A DNA stretch of 64,000 nt from NCBI GenBank assembly GCA_002715985.1, contig PBAO01000034.1:703-64702 (forward strand). Reading direction: 5' to 3'. Origin of the DNA: Lysobacterales bacterium (lineage in GTDB: Bacteria; Pseudomonadota; Gammaproteobacteria; Nevskiales; Salinisphaeraceae). Within the stretch, counting starts at the first letter, position 1; the number at the start of each line of letters is the position of its first letter. The position numbers and the translations under genes are program-made. Under the pieces are notes generated by a model. That model was not told the DNA's origin and made no database searches. It saw only the letters and a program-made list of their open reading frames with translations. Below, piece by piece: positions 8,531 through 18,446 of the stretch.

Positions 8531-11175
8531 GCCGCTCGCGCCTGACGCGGGGCCTGGCGGCCTGGGTCGATCTGATGACGCGTCATGCGATCTGGGTCGT
8601 GCTGTTCGGCCTGGTGCTCACGGCGCTCGCCGGCGGCTACGCGGCCACCCATCTATCGATGGATACCGACGACGCCGATCTGATCAGCCGTGACGTCGAG
8701 TGGCGCCAGACCTATATCGCCTATCAGGACGCGTTTCCGGTCTATACCGACAATCTCGTCATCGTCGTGGACGGCGCCAACGCCGGCGTGGCGGCCGCGG
8801 CCACCGATCGCCTGGCCGATGCCTTGCGGGACAAGCCGGCTCTGTTCGCCTCGATCTATGAGCCGGGCGGCGGGGCGTTTTTCGCCGAAAACGGTCTGTT
8901 GTATCTGGACACGCCGGAACTGGCCGATCTGTCGAATCGTCTGAACCGGCTCCAGCCGTTTCTCGGTCGGCTGACCGTCGATCCCACGCTGGTCACATTC
9001 TTCGATCTGCTGGATCAGGCGATGGCGCCCGATGCGCCTGTCGATCTGGATCTGTCGCCGGTGTTCAACGAGCTCAGCGGCGTTTTCGCGGCCTCGCGGG
9101 CACAGGATTTCGGCCAGCTGTCCTGGCAGCAGCTGATCGGCGGTGATCAGCCGGGCGTGTCGAGCCGACGTTTCATCATCGCCAAGCCGAAGCTGGATTA
9201 TAACCGGCTGTTGCCCGCCGAGCCGGCCATGCGGGCCGTTGAGGCGGCCGCTGCCCGCCTGGATCTGGATGGCGCGCACGGCGTGACCGTGCGCCAGACC
9301 GGCGAAGTGGCGCTTTCCGACGAGGAGCTGGAAAGCGTGACCCAGGGCGCGGCCTGGGGGGCGGCACTGGCACTCACGATCGTGGCGATCCTGCTTTATA
9401 TCGGGCTGCGCTCTTGGCGTTTGATGGGGGTCTCGCTGGTCAGTCTGCTCGCCGGGCTGGTCGGTACGGCCGCCTTTGCAGCCTTGGCGGTGGGCCGGCT
9501 CAACCTGATCTCGATCGCGTTCGCCGTGCTCTATATCGGCCTGGGTATCGATTACGCCATTCACGTCTGTCTGCGCTATCGCGAGGCGCTCGGTGAGCTG
9601 GGCGCCGGTATTGCTGATCGCGCGGCCGGCGTGCGGTCCGCACTGGCCACGGCGATCGGCGATGTCGGTGTTTCGTTGGGCCTGTGCGCGGTGACTACGG
9701 CCGCCGGGTTCTTCGCGTTTCTGCCGACCTCGTATTCCGGGGTGGCCGAGCTGGGCCTGATTTCGGGGGCCGGAATGTTCATCAGCCTGCTGGTGAGCCT
9801 GACGTTCCTGCCGGCGGCCATTGCCCTGGTCAACCCCTGGACGCCGACCGCGGCCGCACAGGTCTCGCGGGCGCCGTTCATCGGTCGCCGCGCACAGCGG
9901 GTGATCTGGGCGGCGGCGATCGCAGCCACGCTCGTTTCGGCCGCGGCCCTGCCGTTCGTGTCGTTCAATCCGAGCGCGCTGGATCTGAAGAATCCGAACG
10001 CCGAATCGGTGAAGACGTATCGGGATCTACTGGCCAGCAGCGATCGCTCGCCGCTGACGCTGGTGACCACGCGCGAGTCGTTGGCTGCGGCCAACGCGTT
10101 GGCCGCGCGGATCGCCGACCAGCCGCATGTCTCCTCGGCGATCACGGTCGATGACTATGTGCCGGCCCATCAGTCGGACAAGCTCGCCATCATCGGCGAT
10201 CTGGCTCTCACGCTGGCACTGATGCCGCCAGACATGAGCCAGCACGCCGATACGGCGGCCCAGCGCCTCGCCGTGGCGAATTTTTCTGCGGCGCTGGCCG
10301 AGTATCGTGCCCGGCAGACCCAACCACGCCCGGCGGCCGAACGGCTGTCGGTGACGCTGGCGGCCTGGCAGCGCTGGTTCGAGCAGCAGTCCGATCAACG
10401 CCAGGCCCAGGTGCTCACCGATCTGCGCCACCGGATTCTCGACGGGCTGCCGCGACAGATCGATCAGCTGTCGGCCTCGTTGTCGGCGTCGTCGGTATCG
10501 CTGAGCAGTCTGCCGGCGGATCTGAGGCAGCGCTGGGTCACCGACTCGGGCACGTATCGCGTGGAGGTCACCCCCGAGGGAGATCTGTCGGACAACGCCG
10601 CGATGTCCAATTTCGTGGCCTCGGTGCAAGAGGTGGCTCCGGATATCACGGGCGCGCCGGTGCTGGAGCTGTCTGCCGGGGCCACGGTCTCGCATGCCTT
10701 CATGATGGCCTTCATCTATGCCGGCGTCTTCATCAGTGTGTTCTTGATGATTCTGCTACGCAGTATTGTGGATACGCTTCGTGTGCTGGCCCCGCTGGTG
10801 TTGTCCGGCCTGATTCTGAGCGCGGCCACGGTCTGGTTCGGGCTGCCGTTCAATTTCGCCAATGTCATCGCGCTTCCGTTGTTGCTCGGTGTGGGCGTGG
10901 ACAGCGGGATTCATGTGGTGCATCGCCTGCGCGGCGATCTGCGTAATCGAGCGTTTCTGGCCACCAGCACCGCCCGTGCGGTGTTGCTGTCGTCGGCCAC
11001 GACGATGGCCGGTTTTGGCAGTCTGGCTTTTTCGCGTCATGCCGGCACGGCCAGTATGGGGATGCTGCTGACCATCGGTATGCTGGCTATTCTGGCGACC
11101 ACGCTCATTCTGGTACCGGCGCTGTTCCCGGTTCGCCGCCCCGAGCAAAGGACCTTGCATGACCGATCACGTTGA
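8527..11175 (+). CDS. hpnN: Hopanoid transporter, RND/MMPL family
   Basis: 882 aa with two TM bundles; LYIGLGIDYAIH and LLGVGVDSGIH; FFAENGLLYL; hopanoid gene context. Confidence 0.9.
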   Translation: MSRSRLTRGLAAWVDLMTRHAIWVVLFGLVLTALAGGYAATHLSMDTDDADLISRDVEWRQTYIAYQDAFPVYTDNLVIVVDGANAGVAAAATDRLADALRDKPALFASIYEPGGGAFFAENGLLYLDTPELADLSNRLNRLQPFLGRLTVDPTLVTFFDLLDQAMAPDAPVDLDLSPVFNELSGVFAASRAQDFGQLSWQQLIGGDQPGVSSRRFIIAKPKLDYNRLLPAEPAMRAVEAAAARLDLDGAHGVTVRQTGEVALSDEELESVTQGAAWGAALALTIVAILLYIGLRSWRLMGVSLVSLLAGLVGTAAFAALAVGRLNLISIAFAVLYIGLGIDYAIHVCLRYREALGELGAGIADRAAGVRSALATAIGDVGVSLGLCAVTTAAGFFAFLPTSYSGVAELGLISGAGMFISLLVSLTFLPAAIALVNPWTPTAAAQVSRAPFIGRRAQRVIWAAAIAATLVSAAALPFVSFNPSALDLKNPNAESVKTYRDLLASSDRSPLTLVTTRESLAAANALAARIADQPHVSSAITVDDYVPAHQSDKLAIIGDLALTLALMPPDMSQHADTAAQRLAVANFSAALAEYRARQTQPRPAAERLSVTLAAWQRWFEQQSDQRQAQVLTDLRHRILDGLPRQIDQLSASLSASSVSLSSLPADLRQRWVTDSGTYRVEVTPEGDLSDNAAMSNFVASVQEVAPDITGAPVLELSAGATVSHAFMMAFIYAGVFISVFLMILLRSIVDTLRVLAPLVLSGLILSAATVWFGLPFNFANVIALPLLLGVGVDSGIHVVHRLRGDLRNRAFLATSTARAVLLSSATTMAGFGSLAFSRHAGTASMGMLLTIGMLAILATTLILVPALFPVRRPEQRTLHDRSR

Positions 11176-11794
11176 TCAACACCCCCCGGCGCGGCCGCTG
11201 GATGCACGACTGGCCCGGGCGCTGGTCCGGCCGCTCGAGGATACCGCGGCCCGGCCGAATCATCTGACCACGCTGCGTCTGGCCCTCGGGCTGATCGCGG
11301 CGTGGTGCGTGTCGTATGAAAGCCTGGCCGTGGCCAATATCGGGGCCTTCGTGTTCGCGCTTTCGAACTTCGTCGACCACACCGATGGTGAACTGGCCCG
11401 TATCACGGGAGCGTCCAGCCGCTTCGGCCATGCCTATGATCTGACCTGTGACGCGGTCATCCATACGCTGCTTTTCGTGGCGATCGGCTGGGGCCTGGAG
11501 GAAACGGCGCTGGGCATGGCGGCCCCCGTCATGGGGCTGGTGGCCGGCGGAGCCGTGGCGTTCATCTTCTGGCGGCATATGGTCATGGAAGAAGAGCTCG
11601 GCAAGGCCGAGGCCAAGCTGCCCTCGGCCGGCTGGTTCGAAATCGAGGACGTGCTGTATCTGTTTCCGTTGGTCACGCTCTTCGATGTGCGCGAACCGTT
11701 TCTGATCGCGGCGTTCATCGGGGCGCCGGCGTTCGCGCTGTGGCTGGGCTGGTATTTCCGCACGCTGCGGGCTCGTCGTGGCAAGGATTATTGA
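11159..11794 (+). CDS. CDP-alcohol phosphatidyltransferase family protein
   Basis: Signature DHTDGELARITGASSRFGHAYDLTCD (DxxDGxxAR...G...D..CD) and RPNHLT; hydrophobic. Confidence 0.9.
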   Translation: MTDHVDQHPPARPLDARLARALVRPLEDTAARPNHLTTLRLALGLIAAWCVSYESLAVANIGAFVFALSNFVDHTDGELARITGASSRFGHAYDLTCDAVIHTLLFVAIGWGLEETALGMAAPVMGLVAGGAVAFIFWRHMVMEEELGKAEAKLPSAGWFEIEDVLYLFPLVTLFDVREPFLIAAFIGAPAFALWLGWYFRTLRARRGKDY

Positions 11795-11795
11795 T

Positions 11796-12797
11796 ATGCA
11801 GTGTCTGATCACCGGCGCGACCGGATTCGTTGGCAGTGCCGTGGTGCGCGCGGCACTGCGTGAAGGCTGGCAGGTGCGTGTGACGCGGCGCGACGCCAGC
11901 GATATGCGCGCACTCGACGGCCTCGAGATCGAGACCGTGACGGTGGATCTATCCAATACGGCGGCTCTGGCCCAGGCGATGGCCGACTGTGACGCGGTGT
12001 TTCATGTCGCAGCGGATTATCGTCTCTGGGCGGCTGATCCCAACGAGTTGTACGAGAACAACGTCGAAGGCACGCGTCGGATCTGCGAGGCCGCGCTTGC
12101 AGCCGGGGTGACGCGCGTGGTCTATACCTCGAGTGTCGCCACGCTGGGCATTCCCAAAGATGGCTCACCCGGCGACGAGACCACACCGGTGGGGCTGGCC
12201 GACATGATCGGCCACTACAAGCGATCCAAGTATCTGGCTGAAGAAGTGGCGCGCGAATACGCCGACGCCGGCCTGGATATCGTCATCGTCAATCCCTCGG
12301 CGCCCATCGGGCCCCGCGATCACAAGCCCACGCCGACAGGCCAGATGGTGCTGGAGGCGGCGGCCGGACGTATGCCGGCCTTTGTCGACACCGGCCTGAA
12401 CGTGGTCCATGTGGATGACGTGGCGCGTGGTCACCTGCTGGCCTATGCGCGGGGCCAGGCCGGGCGGCGCTATGTGCTGGGCGGGGCCGACATGACGCTG
12501 GCGCAGATCCTGGGCATGGTCGCCGAAATCGTCGAGCGTCCCGCGCCGAAGATCCGGTTGCCGCATAACCTGGTGTTGCCGATCGCGCACGTGGCCGAGC
12601 GCGTGGCACGGGTGACCGGCAAACCGCCGCGGGTGACGGTCGACGGCGTCAAGCTGGCCAAGAAGCATATGTTCTTTTCGCATGACCGGGCTGCACAGGA
12701 GCTGGGTTATCGCGCCCGCCCGGCGCGCGATGCGCTGGCCGATGCCGTGGCCTGGTATTACGCTCATCGCTATCTGCCGGGTGGCAAACGCCCCTAA
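11796..12797 (+). CDS. hpnA: Hopanoid-associated NAD-dependent epimerase/dehydratase
   Basis: GATGFVG, FHVAADYRLW, YKRSK and PTPTG motifs typical of HpnA; RBS AAGGA before ATG 11796. Confidence 0.9.
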   Translation: MQCLITGATGFVGSAVVRAALREGWQVRVTRRDASDMRALDGLEIETVTVDLSNTAALAQAMADCDAVFHVAADYRLWAADPNELYENNVEGTRRICEAALAAGVTRVVYTSSVATLGIPKDGSPGDETTPVGLADMIGHYKRSKYLAEEVAREYADAGLDIVIVNPSAPIGPRDHKPTPTGQMVLEAAAGRMPAFVDTGLNVVHVDDVARGHLLAYARGQAGRRYVLGGADMTLAQILGMVAEIVERPAPKIRLPHNLVLPIAHVAERVARVTGKPPRVTVDGVKLAKKHMFFSHDRAAQELGYRARPARDALADAVAWYYAHRYLPGGKRP

Positions 12798-12802
12798 CGA
12801 TC

Positions 12803-13315
12803 ATGCGCTACGCCACGATTGCGGTTGTGTTGGGGTTTCTGGGGCCGGCAGCCGGATGGGCGGCCCCCGAGCCTCCCGAGGCCATCGCCGGTTTCTGGCA
12901 GACCGAGGGCGATGAGGCAGTGATTCGTATCGCCGTCGCCGGGCATCGTTTTCCCGGCACGATCGTGTGGCTGGCCGAGGATCATTATCCGGCCGATGAC
13001 CCCAAGGGCATGGGCGGCCAACCGGTGGTCGATCGCTATAATCCGGATCCGGCGAAACAGGCCCGACCACTCATCGGTCTGCAGCTGCTCAAGAATCTGC
13101 ATTATCATGTATCCGACAACGACCGGGCGCGCTGGGTCGATGGCCGAATCTACGACACCGAGCACGGCAAGTGGTACGACTGCAATCTGTGGCTTGCCGA
13201 CCCCGATCATCTGAAGGTTCACGGTTATATCGGTGTGCCACTGCTCGGCAAGACCACGACATGGACACGCGTACCCGATCCGAATCAGCACGGCCCGGTC
13301 GTGCCCGAATCGTGA
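12803..13315 (+). CDS. Exported DUF2147 family protein
   Basis: Signal peptide; GFWQT, NPDP..RPLIGL, GRIYD...GKWY and GYIGVPLLGKTTTWTR. Confidence 0.8.
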   Translation: MRYATIAVVLGFLGPAAGWAAPEPPEAIAGFWQTEGDEAVIRIAVAGHRFPGTIVWLAEDHYPADDPKGMGGQPVVDRYNPDPAKQARPLIGLQLLKNLHYHVSDNDRARWVDGRIYDTEHGKWYDCNLWLADPDHLKVHGYIGVPLLGKTTTWTRVPDPNQHGPVVPES

Positions 13316-13329
13316 CAGGAGTCTGATAC

Positions 13330-14382
13330 ATGACCGATTACGTGGCCTATAGCGATGATCTGGAGGTGGTGCCCGACAACGAGGACGCCCAGATCAATGA
13401 CATCGTGCGCTATCTGCAGACCACCCAGAAGCGCACCTTCGAGGCGCGCCGTCATGCCACACGCGATACCCACGCCAAGGGGCAGGGGTTTCTGAAAGGC
13501 AGATTCACCATCGAGGCCGATCTGCCCGAGGAACTGGCCCAGAGCCTGTTCGCGCGGCCCGGCACACACGATGCGGTGCTGCGGTTCGCCACCGAGCCGG
13601 GCGACATGCTGGATGATCGTCAGCCGGCCGCGCGCGGGCTGGGCCTCAAGCTCTTTAACGTGGGCGGCGACAAGCTCGGCAACGACGGGCGCACCACCCA
13701 GGATTTCACGTTCAACAACTGCCCGGTGCTGCCGCTGGCGAACGTGCCGACGTATCACGAGATTCAATATCTGAAAGCCGAGTACGGGCACGACCCGGAG
13801 CTGTTGGCCGAAAAGATCGGCGAGCGCGACGATGCGGATCTGCAGACGCTGTTCGAGCGTCTGCCCAATATCGATCTGCTGGCCAACAGCTATTACAGCC
13901 AGTCGGCGTTTCGTTTTGGCGACTATGTCTGCAAGTACGCGCTGATGCCCAACCACGAGGCCCAGCGGGCATTGGCCGCACGGCCGGTTACCGACGAGGA
14001 CTCGCCTGGCGTGCTCACCGAGTGGCTGATCGAATTCATGGCCGACAACGAAGCCGGTTTCGATTTCTGTATCCAGCTCCAGACCGATCCGGTGCGCATG
14101 CCGATCGAGGATGCCTCGGTGGACTGGAACGTGGGCGAGAGCGCCTATCGCAAGGTCGCCACTCTGACATTGCCACCCCAGAATCCGTATACGCCGGCAC
14201 GGCGCGTCTTCTGTGATGACGTGCTGGGTTTCGACGGCTGGCTGGGCCGGGCCGATCTACGCCCACTGGGCTCGATCAACCGCGTGCGGGCCAAGGCCTA
14301 TCGCGCGTCGTCGAAGATGCGTCATCACCTGAACCAGCGCGCGGAGTTCGAGCCGGCCTCGATCGCCGATGTGCCCGACTAG
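13330..14382 (+). CDS. Small catalase-related heme protein
   Basis: RDTHAKG (distal His), QDFTFNN, YSQSAFRFG, PIEDASVDW and RPLGSINRVRAKAY (proximal Tyr); 350 aa. Confidence 0.8.
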   Translation: MTDYVAYSDDLEVVPDNEDAQINDIVRYLQTTQKRTFEARRHATRDTHAKGQGFLKGRFTIEADLPEELAQSLFARPGTHDAVLRFATEPGDMLDDRQPAARGLGLKLFNVGGDKLGNDGRTTQDFTFNNCPVLPLANVPTYHEIQYLKAEYGHDPELLAEKIGERDDADLQTLFERLPNIDLLANSYYSQSAFRFGDYVCKYALMPNHEAQRALAARPVTDEDSPGVLTEWLIEFMADNEAGFDFCIQLQTDPVRMPIEDASVDWNVGESAYRKVATLTLPPQNPYTPARRVFCDDVLGFDGWLGRADLRPLGSINRVRAKAYRASSKMRHHLNQRAEFEPASIADVPD

Positions 14383-14460
14383 CCGAACCCCGTTGTCGAG
14401 CATGCAGGCGTTGCGTATGGGCGGTTTGTTTTCGCGGTGGGGCCTTATCCATGACAGCGC

Positions 14461-14982
14461 ATGGGGCGAACAGCGAGCGCGGCCACGATCAATGATGTCA
14501 CGGCCGACGTCGATGCCCGCAATGACGCGATCGTTGTCGAACCTGCGGGGATCGCGATGAGCACGCAGTGCTTGGGCGCCGACAACGGGGTCATCGTTCT
14601 CGATGCATGTCCGCCGGCTGAAACAGCGGTGCGTGTTCCTGCCCGCGTCGATGCCGTCCAGCGCAATGACATGCCTGGTGACAAGCCGGGTGTGGTCGAC
14701 GAGGCGTGGTCGGAACTCGAGTCCGAGTTGCTCGAGAACGACGCGACGCGCGCGACGGCCCGTGAGGCGCGCAATCGACAGCCCGGCGCCATGTGTTTTT
14801 TCAATAGCGACAAGAGCCGGCATCGGATCACCCCACTGGACCAGAGCCCGCGTCGTATCCCGTTGGCCTTCGAGTATGGCCGCGATGCCCATCAAGCCCG
14901 CTGGCAGCGGTTGGTGTCGAACAGGCAGGGCCCGGTCGCGTATTTCGGTTTCACGCAGGTTTTCAAGCGCCATCTGCGCTGA
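14461..14982 (+). CDS. Hypothetical protein
   Basis: 173-aa ORF filling the operon gap, with GC-rich third positions; no recognisable motif and no clear RBS. Confidence 0.4.
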   Translation: MGRTASAATINDVTADVDARNDAIVVEPAGIAMSTQCLGADNGVIVLDACPPAETAVRVPARVDAVQRNDMPGDKPGVVDEAWSELESELLENDATRATAREARNRQPGAMCFFNSDKSRHRITPLDQSPRRIPLAFEYGRDAHQARWQRLVSNRQGPVAYFGFTQVFKRHLR

Positions 14983-15006
14983 GCCTTCGCTTTTTTTAAG
15001 AACGAT

Positions 15007-15999
15007 ATGAAACGCACCGCCGCCCTGATGCTGGTCATCGGCATCGCTCTGTTCACCGCGGTGCTTGCCTGGCAAGGCTTTGGCGCCGTGGCGCGTGCCA
15101 TGGCGGCGGTTGGCTGGCTGGGGCTGGCCGCGGTTACGGCCTGGCATGTCGTGCCGCTGGTGATCGATTCGCACGCCTGGCGGCTGTTGTTCCAAAAGCC
15201 ACGCCCGCCGGTGTGGCGCATCATCTGGGCGCGATGGATCGGGGAATCGGTCAACGGCCTGTTGCCGGTCGCCCAGATCGGTGGCGATATCGCCAAGGCC
15301 CGGCTTCTGATCAAGCGGCAATTGCCGGCTGCCGAGACCGGGGCCACGGTCGTGGTCGACACCACCTTGGCGGCCGTCGGCCAGATGCTGTTCGCCATCG
15401 CCGGTTTGTTGATGCTGCTTGCTCTCATGGCCCGGCCCGACCTGGCCTGGGCGATCGGCATCGGTATCGTCGTGATGCTGGGCCTGCTGGCGCTGTTCTA
15501 TCGGTTGCAGCGAGGCGGGCTATTCGTGTTTCTGGCCCGCGCGCTCAAGAAGATCACCGGCGGGCGGAACAGTCTGGATTTCGTCGGCGGGGCGGCGGCA
15601 CTGGATAGCGCCATCGGGCGGATCTACAGCGCCCCCGGCCTGGTGCTGCGCTGCCTGGCCTGGCGCCTGGTGGGCTGGTTCGTCGGTATCGGCGAGGTCT
15701 GGTTGGCGCTGTATTTTCTCGGCCAACCGGTCGGGCTTGACGAGGCCTTGATGCTCGAAGCACTCGGCCAGGCCATTCGCGGGGCCGCATTCGCCATTCC
15801 CGGCGCGCTGGGGGTGCAAGAGGGCGGTTTTGCGCTGCTCGCACCCCTGGTCGGGCTGTCCATGGAGACCGGCGTGGCGATCTCGTTGGTCAAGCGGGTA
15901 CGCGAGCTCACCCTCGGCGTGCCCGGACTCATGGCCTGGCAGGTGGCTGAAAGCCGCATCGTCTCCGGCCGGGCACGCAGCGCTCGTCCGGCCACATGA
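15007..15999 (+). CDS. hpnL: HpnL-like membrane protein (lysylphosphatidylglycerol synthase TM / flippase-like family)
   Basis: RWIGESVNGLLPVAQIGGD, FAIPGALGVQEGG and SLVKRVREL motifs; multiple TM segments. Confidence 0.8.
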   Translation: MKRTAALMLVIGIALFTAVLAWQGFGAVARAMAAVGWLGLAAVTAWHVVPLVIDSHAWRLLFQKPRPPVWRIIWARWIGESVNGLLPVAQIGGDIAKARLLIKRQLPAAETGATVVVDTTLAAVGQMLFAIAGLLMLLALMARPDLAWAIGIGIVVMLGLLALFYRLQRGGLFVFLARALKKITGGRNSLDFVGGAAALDSAIGRIYSAPGLVLRCLAWRLVGWFVGIGEVWLALYFLGQPVGLDEALMLEALGQAIRGAAFAIPGALGVQEGGFALLAPLVGLSMETGVAISLVKRVRELTLGVPGLMAWQVAESRIVSGRARSARPAT

Positions 16000-16031
16000 C
16001 CAATCATCCGAAGCATCATCAGGAGTGCAGC

Positions 16032-16790
16032 ATGCACGCAGTATTGTTGGCGGCCGGCGTGGGCCGTCGTCTCGAAGAGATCACCGGTGGCGGGCCGAAG
16101 TGCCTGTTGCCGTTCGGCGAAATGAGCCTGCTGGAGCGTCATATCCGGCTGCTGAATGCGGCCGGCGTGCATCGCCTGACCGTAGTGGTGGGTAATGAAG
16201 CCATGCAGATCGAGCAGGCGCTGTCGTCGATGACGCACGAGATCGCCCCGGAAATGACGGTGGATACCCGTCACAATCCGGCCTTTCGAGAAGGCAGCAC
16301 GGCCTCGGTACTGGCAGCACGCGATGTGCTCGAGGCCGATGACGATGTACTGCTCATGGACGCCGACGTGCTCTATGACGCACGCCTGCTGGCGGTATTC
16401 ACCGGGGAGGGCGCAGCCGATCGGCTGGCCATCGACACCACCGTCGGCTCCGACGATGCCGAAGCTGTGAAAGTGGCCCTGGCCGATGATCGGATCGTGT
16501 CATTCGACAAGACCCTGGCCGCGGATCTGGCCTACGATCGGGTGGGCGAGTCGGTGGGCTTCTTCCGGCTGTCGCCGGCCACCGCCGACGGGCTGCTCCT
16601 GGCCTGCGAGACGGCGCACGCGGCGGATTCCCACGCGCCGCACGAGCAGGCGTTGCAGGCGTTGATGACCACGGGCGAGGTGGCCTTCGAGGCGATCGAT
16701 ATCGCCGGCACACCGTGGATCGAGGTCGACTATCCGGCCGACGTCGACCGGGCCATGGACGACATTCTGCCCACGCTTGAAGCCCTCTGA
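16032..16790 (+). CDS. Phosphocholine/phosphonate cytidylyltransferase (LicC/PntC-like)
   Basis: LLAAGVGRRL...PKCLL, LMDADVLYD, GESVGFF and WIEVDYPAD; RBS AGGAG at 16021. Confidence 0.85.
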   Translation: MHAVLLAAGVGRRLEEITGGGPKCLLPFGEMSLLERHIRLLNAAGVHRLTVVVGNEAMQIEQALSSMTHEIAPEMTVDTRHNPAFREGSTASVLAARDVLEADDDVLLMDADVLYDARLLAVFTGEGAADRLAIDTTVGSDDAEAVKVALADDRIVSFDKTLAADLAYDRVGESVGFFRLSPATADGLLLACETAHAADSHAPHEQALQALMTTGEVAFEAIDIAGTPWIEVDYPADVDRAMDDILPTLEAL

Positions 16791-16796
16791 CGACCG

Positions 16797-18446
16797 ATGA
16801 CGACAACGCTCATGCCGAACGCACCCTCCAAGACCCGTGCCCTGCGTCAGCTGCTGGACAGCGGCCAGCTCGAATTCATCATGGAAGCCCATAACGGCCT
16901 GTCGGCGCGGATCGTCGAGGAGGCCGGGTTTGCCGGCATCTGGGCCTCGGGCCTGGCGCTGTCGGCGGCTTTCGGCGTACGCGACTCCAACGAGGCGAGC
17001 TGGACCCAGGTACTGGAAGCCGTGGAGTTCATGGCCGATGCCACCGAGGTCCCGATTCTGCTGGACGGGGATACCGGCTATGGCAACTTCAACAACCTGC
17101 GCCGGCTGGTCACCAAGCTCGAGTCCCGCGGGGTGGCCGGTGTATGCATCGAAGACAAGCTGTTTCCCAAGACCAACAGCTTCATCGACGGCGAGCGCCA
17201 GCCGCTGGCCGATGTCGACGAGTTCTGCGGCAAGATCCGGGCCGGCAAGGATGCCCAGGCCGATCCGGATTTCTGCATCGTGGCGCGCGTGGAGGCGCTG
17301 ATCGCCGGCTGGTCGGTCGAGGAGGCACTCGATCGGGCCAAGGCTTACCAGGCGGCCGGCGCCGATGCGATCCTGATCCACGACAAGGCACGCAGCTTCG
17401 ACAATATCCAGCGCTTTGCCGCCGGCTGGGACGGCTCCTGCCCGCTCGTGATCGTGCCCACGAAGTATTATTCCACTCCGACCGATGTCTTTCGCAAGGC
17501 CGGTATCAGCCTGGTCATCTGGGCCAATCACACCGTGCGTTCGGCCGTCACGGCCATGCAGCGCACGGCGCGCGAGATCCGTGAGACCGAAACGCTGACC
17601 GGCGTCGAGGATCGTATCGCCCCGGTATCCGAGATCTTCCGGTTGCAGGGGGATCCCGAACTGCGCGAGGCCGAGAAACGCTACGGCGGCGAGGCCGGTG
17701 CGGCCACCCATGCGCTCGTGCTGGCGGCCGCGCGCGGCGAAGGGCTGGAATCGGTGACCGAAGGCCGGCCCAAGGCCATGCTCGAAGTCGCCGGCAAGCC
17801 GCTCCTGCGGCATCTGGTCGATGTCTTCAAGCAGCACGGCCTGCACGACATCACGGCCGTGGCCGGCTACCGGGCCGAGACGATCGATGTCGCCGGCGTG
17901 AAGCTGGTTGAGAATCCGGCTTATGAAACCACCGGCGAGCTGGCCTCTCTGAACTGTGCCCGTGAGCATTTAGGCGATGACAATCTGATCGTTTACGGCG
18001 ATCTTCTGTTTCGTCGCCACGTGCTCACGGATTTGCTGGAAACCGATCACGAGATCACCGTGGTGGTCGATTCCCAGCCGCGCGATGTCCGGGCGCCGGC
18101 GCGTGATCCGGCCTGGTGCAGCGCAGCCGACGATCGCTCGCTGTTCGCGCAGGATGTAACCCTCGAGCATGTCGGCACGGCCGATGCGCCTGCGCGCGCG
18201 CCCGAGGGACGCTGGATCGGCATCATGCGCAGCCGCGGCGTCGGCCGGACCTGGATTGCCGAGGCACTCGAGACGCTGCGCGATCAGGGCCGGTTCGAGA
18301 CCGCCGGCGTGCCCGAGCTGCTCAACACCTTGCTGGCCGCCGGACGGCGTGTGAACGTCATCTACATCACCGGCCACTGGCTGGACGTTAACGATCTGGA
18401 CGATCTGCGTGCGGCGCAGGCCTTTGCTTACGGAGACCACCGATGA
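16797..18446 (+). CDS. pepM: Phosphoenolpyruvate mutase fused to a C-terminal nucleotidyltransferase domain
   Basis: PepM signature [10 protein letters not shown] (EDK-X5-NS), EAHNGLSA and DGDTGYG; from ~aa 305 [10 protein letters not shown]...RPKAML, YGDLLF and WLDVNDLDD. Confidence 0.95.
   Translation: MTTTLMPNAPSKTRALRQLLDSGQLEFIMEAHNGLSARIVEEAGFAGIWASGLALSAAFGVRDSNEASWTQVLEAVEFMADATEVPILLDGDTGYGNFNNLRRLVTKLESRGVAGVCIEDKLFPKTNSFIDGERQPLADVDEFCGKIRAGKDAQADPDFCIVARVEALIAGWSVEEALDRAKAYQAAGADAILIHDKARSFDNIQRFAAGWDGSCPLVIVPTKYYSTPTDVFRKAGISLVIWANHTVRSAVTAMQRTAREIRETETLTGVEDRIAPVSEIFRLQGDPELREAEKRYGGEAGAATHALVLAAARGEGLESVTEGRPKAMLEVAGKPLLRHLVDVFKQHGLHDITAVAGYRAETIDVAGVKLVENPAYETTGELASLNCAREHLGDDNLIVYGDLLFRRHVLTDLLETDHEITVVVDSQPRDVRAPARDPAWCSAADDRSLFAQDVTLEHVGTADAPARAPEGRWIGIMRSRGVGRTWIAEALETLRDQGRFETAGVPELLNTLLAAGRRVNVIYITGHWLDVNDLDDLRAAQAFAYGDHR

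Noticed and set aside
14257-15321. 354-aa minus-strand ORF as the real gene in the cluster gap
   Set aside because: Overlaps hpnL and the catalase-like gene, and has antisense-type composition.
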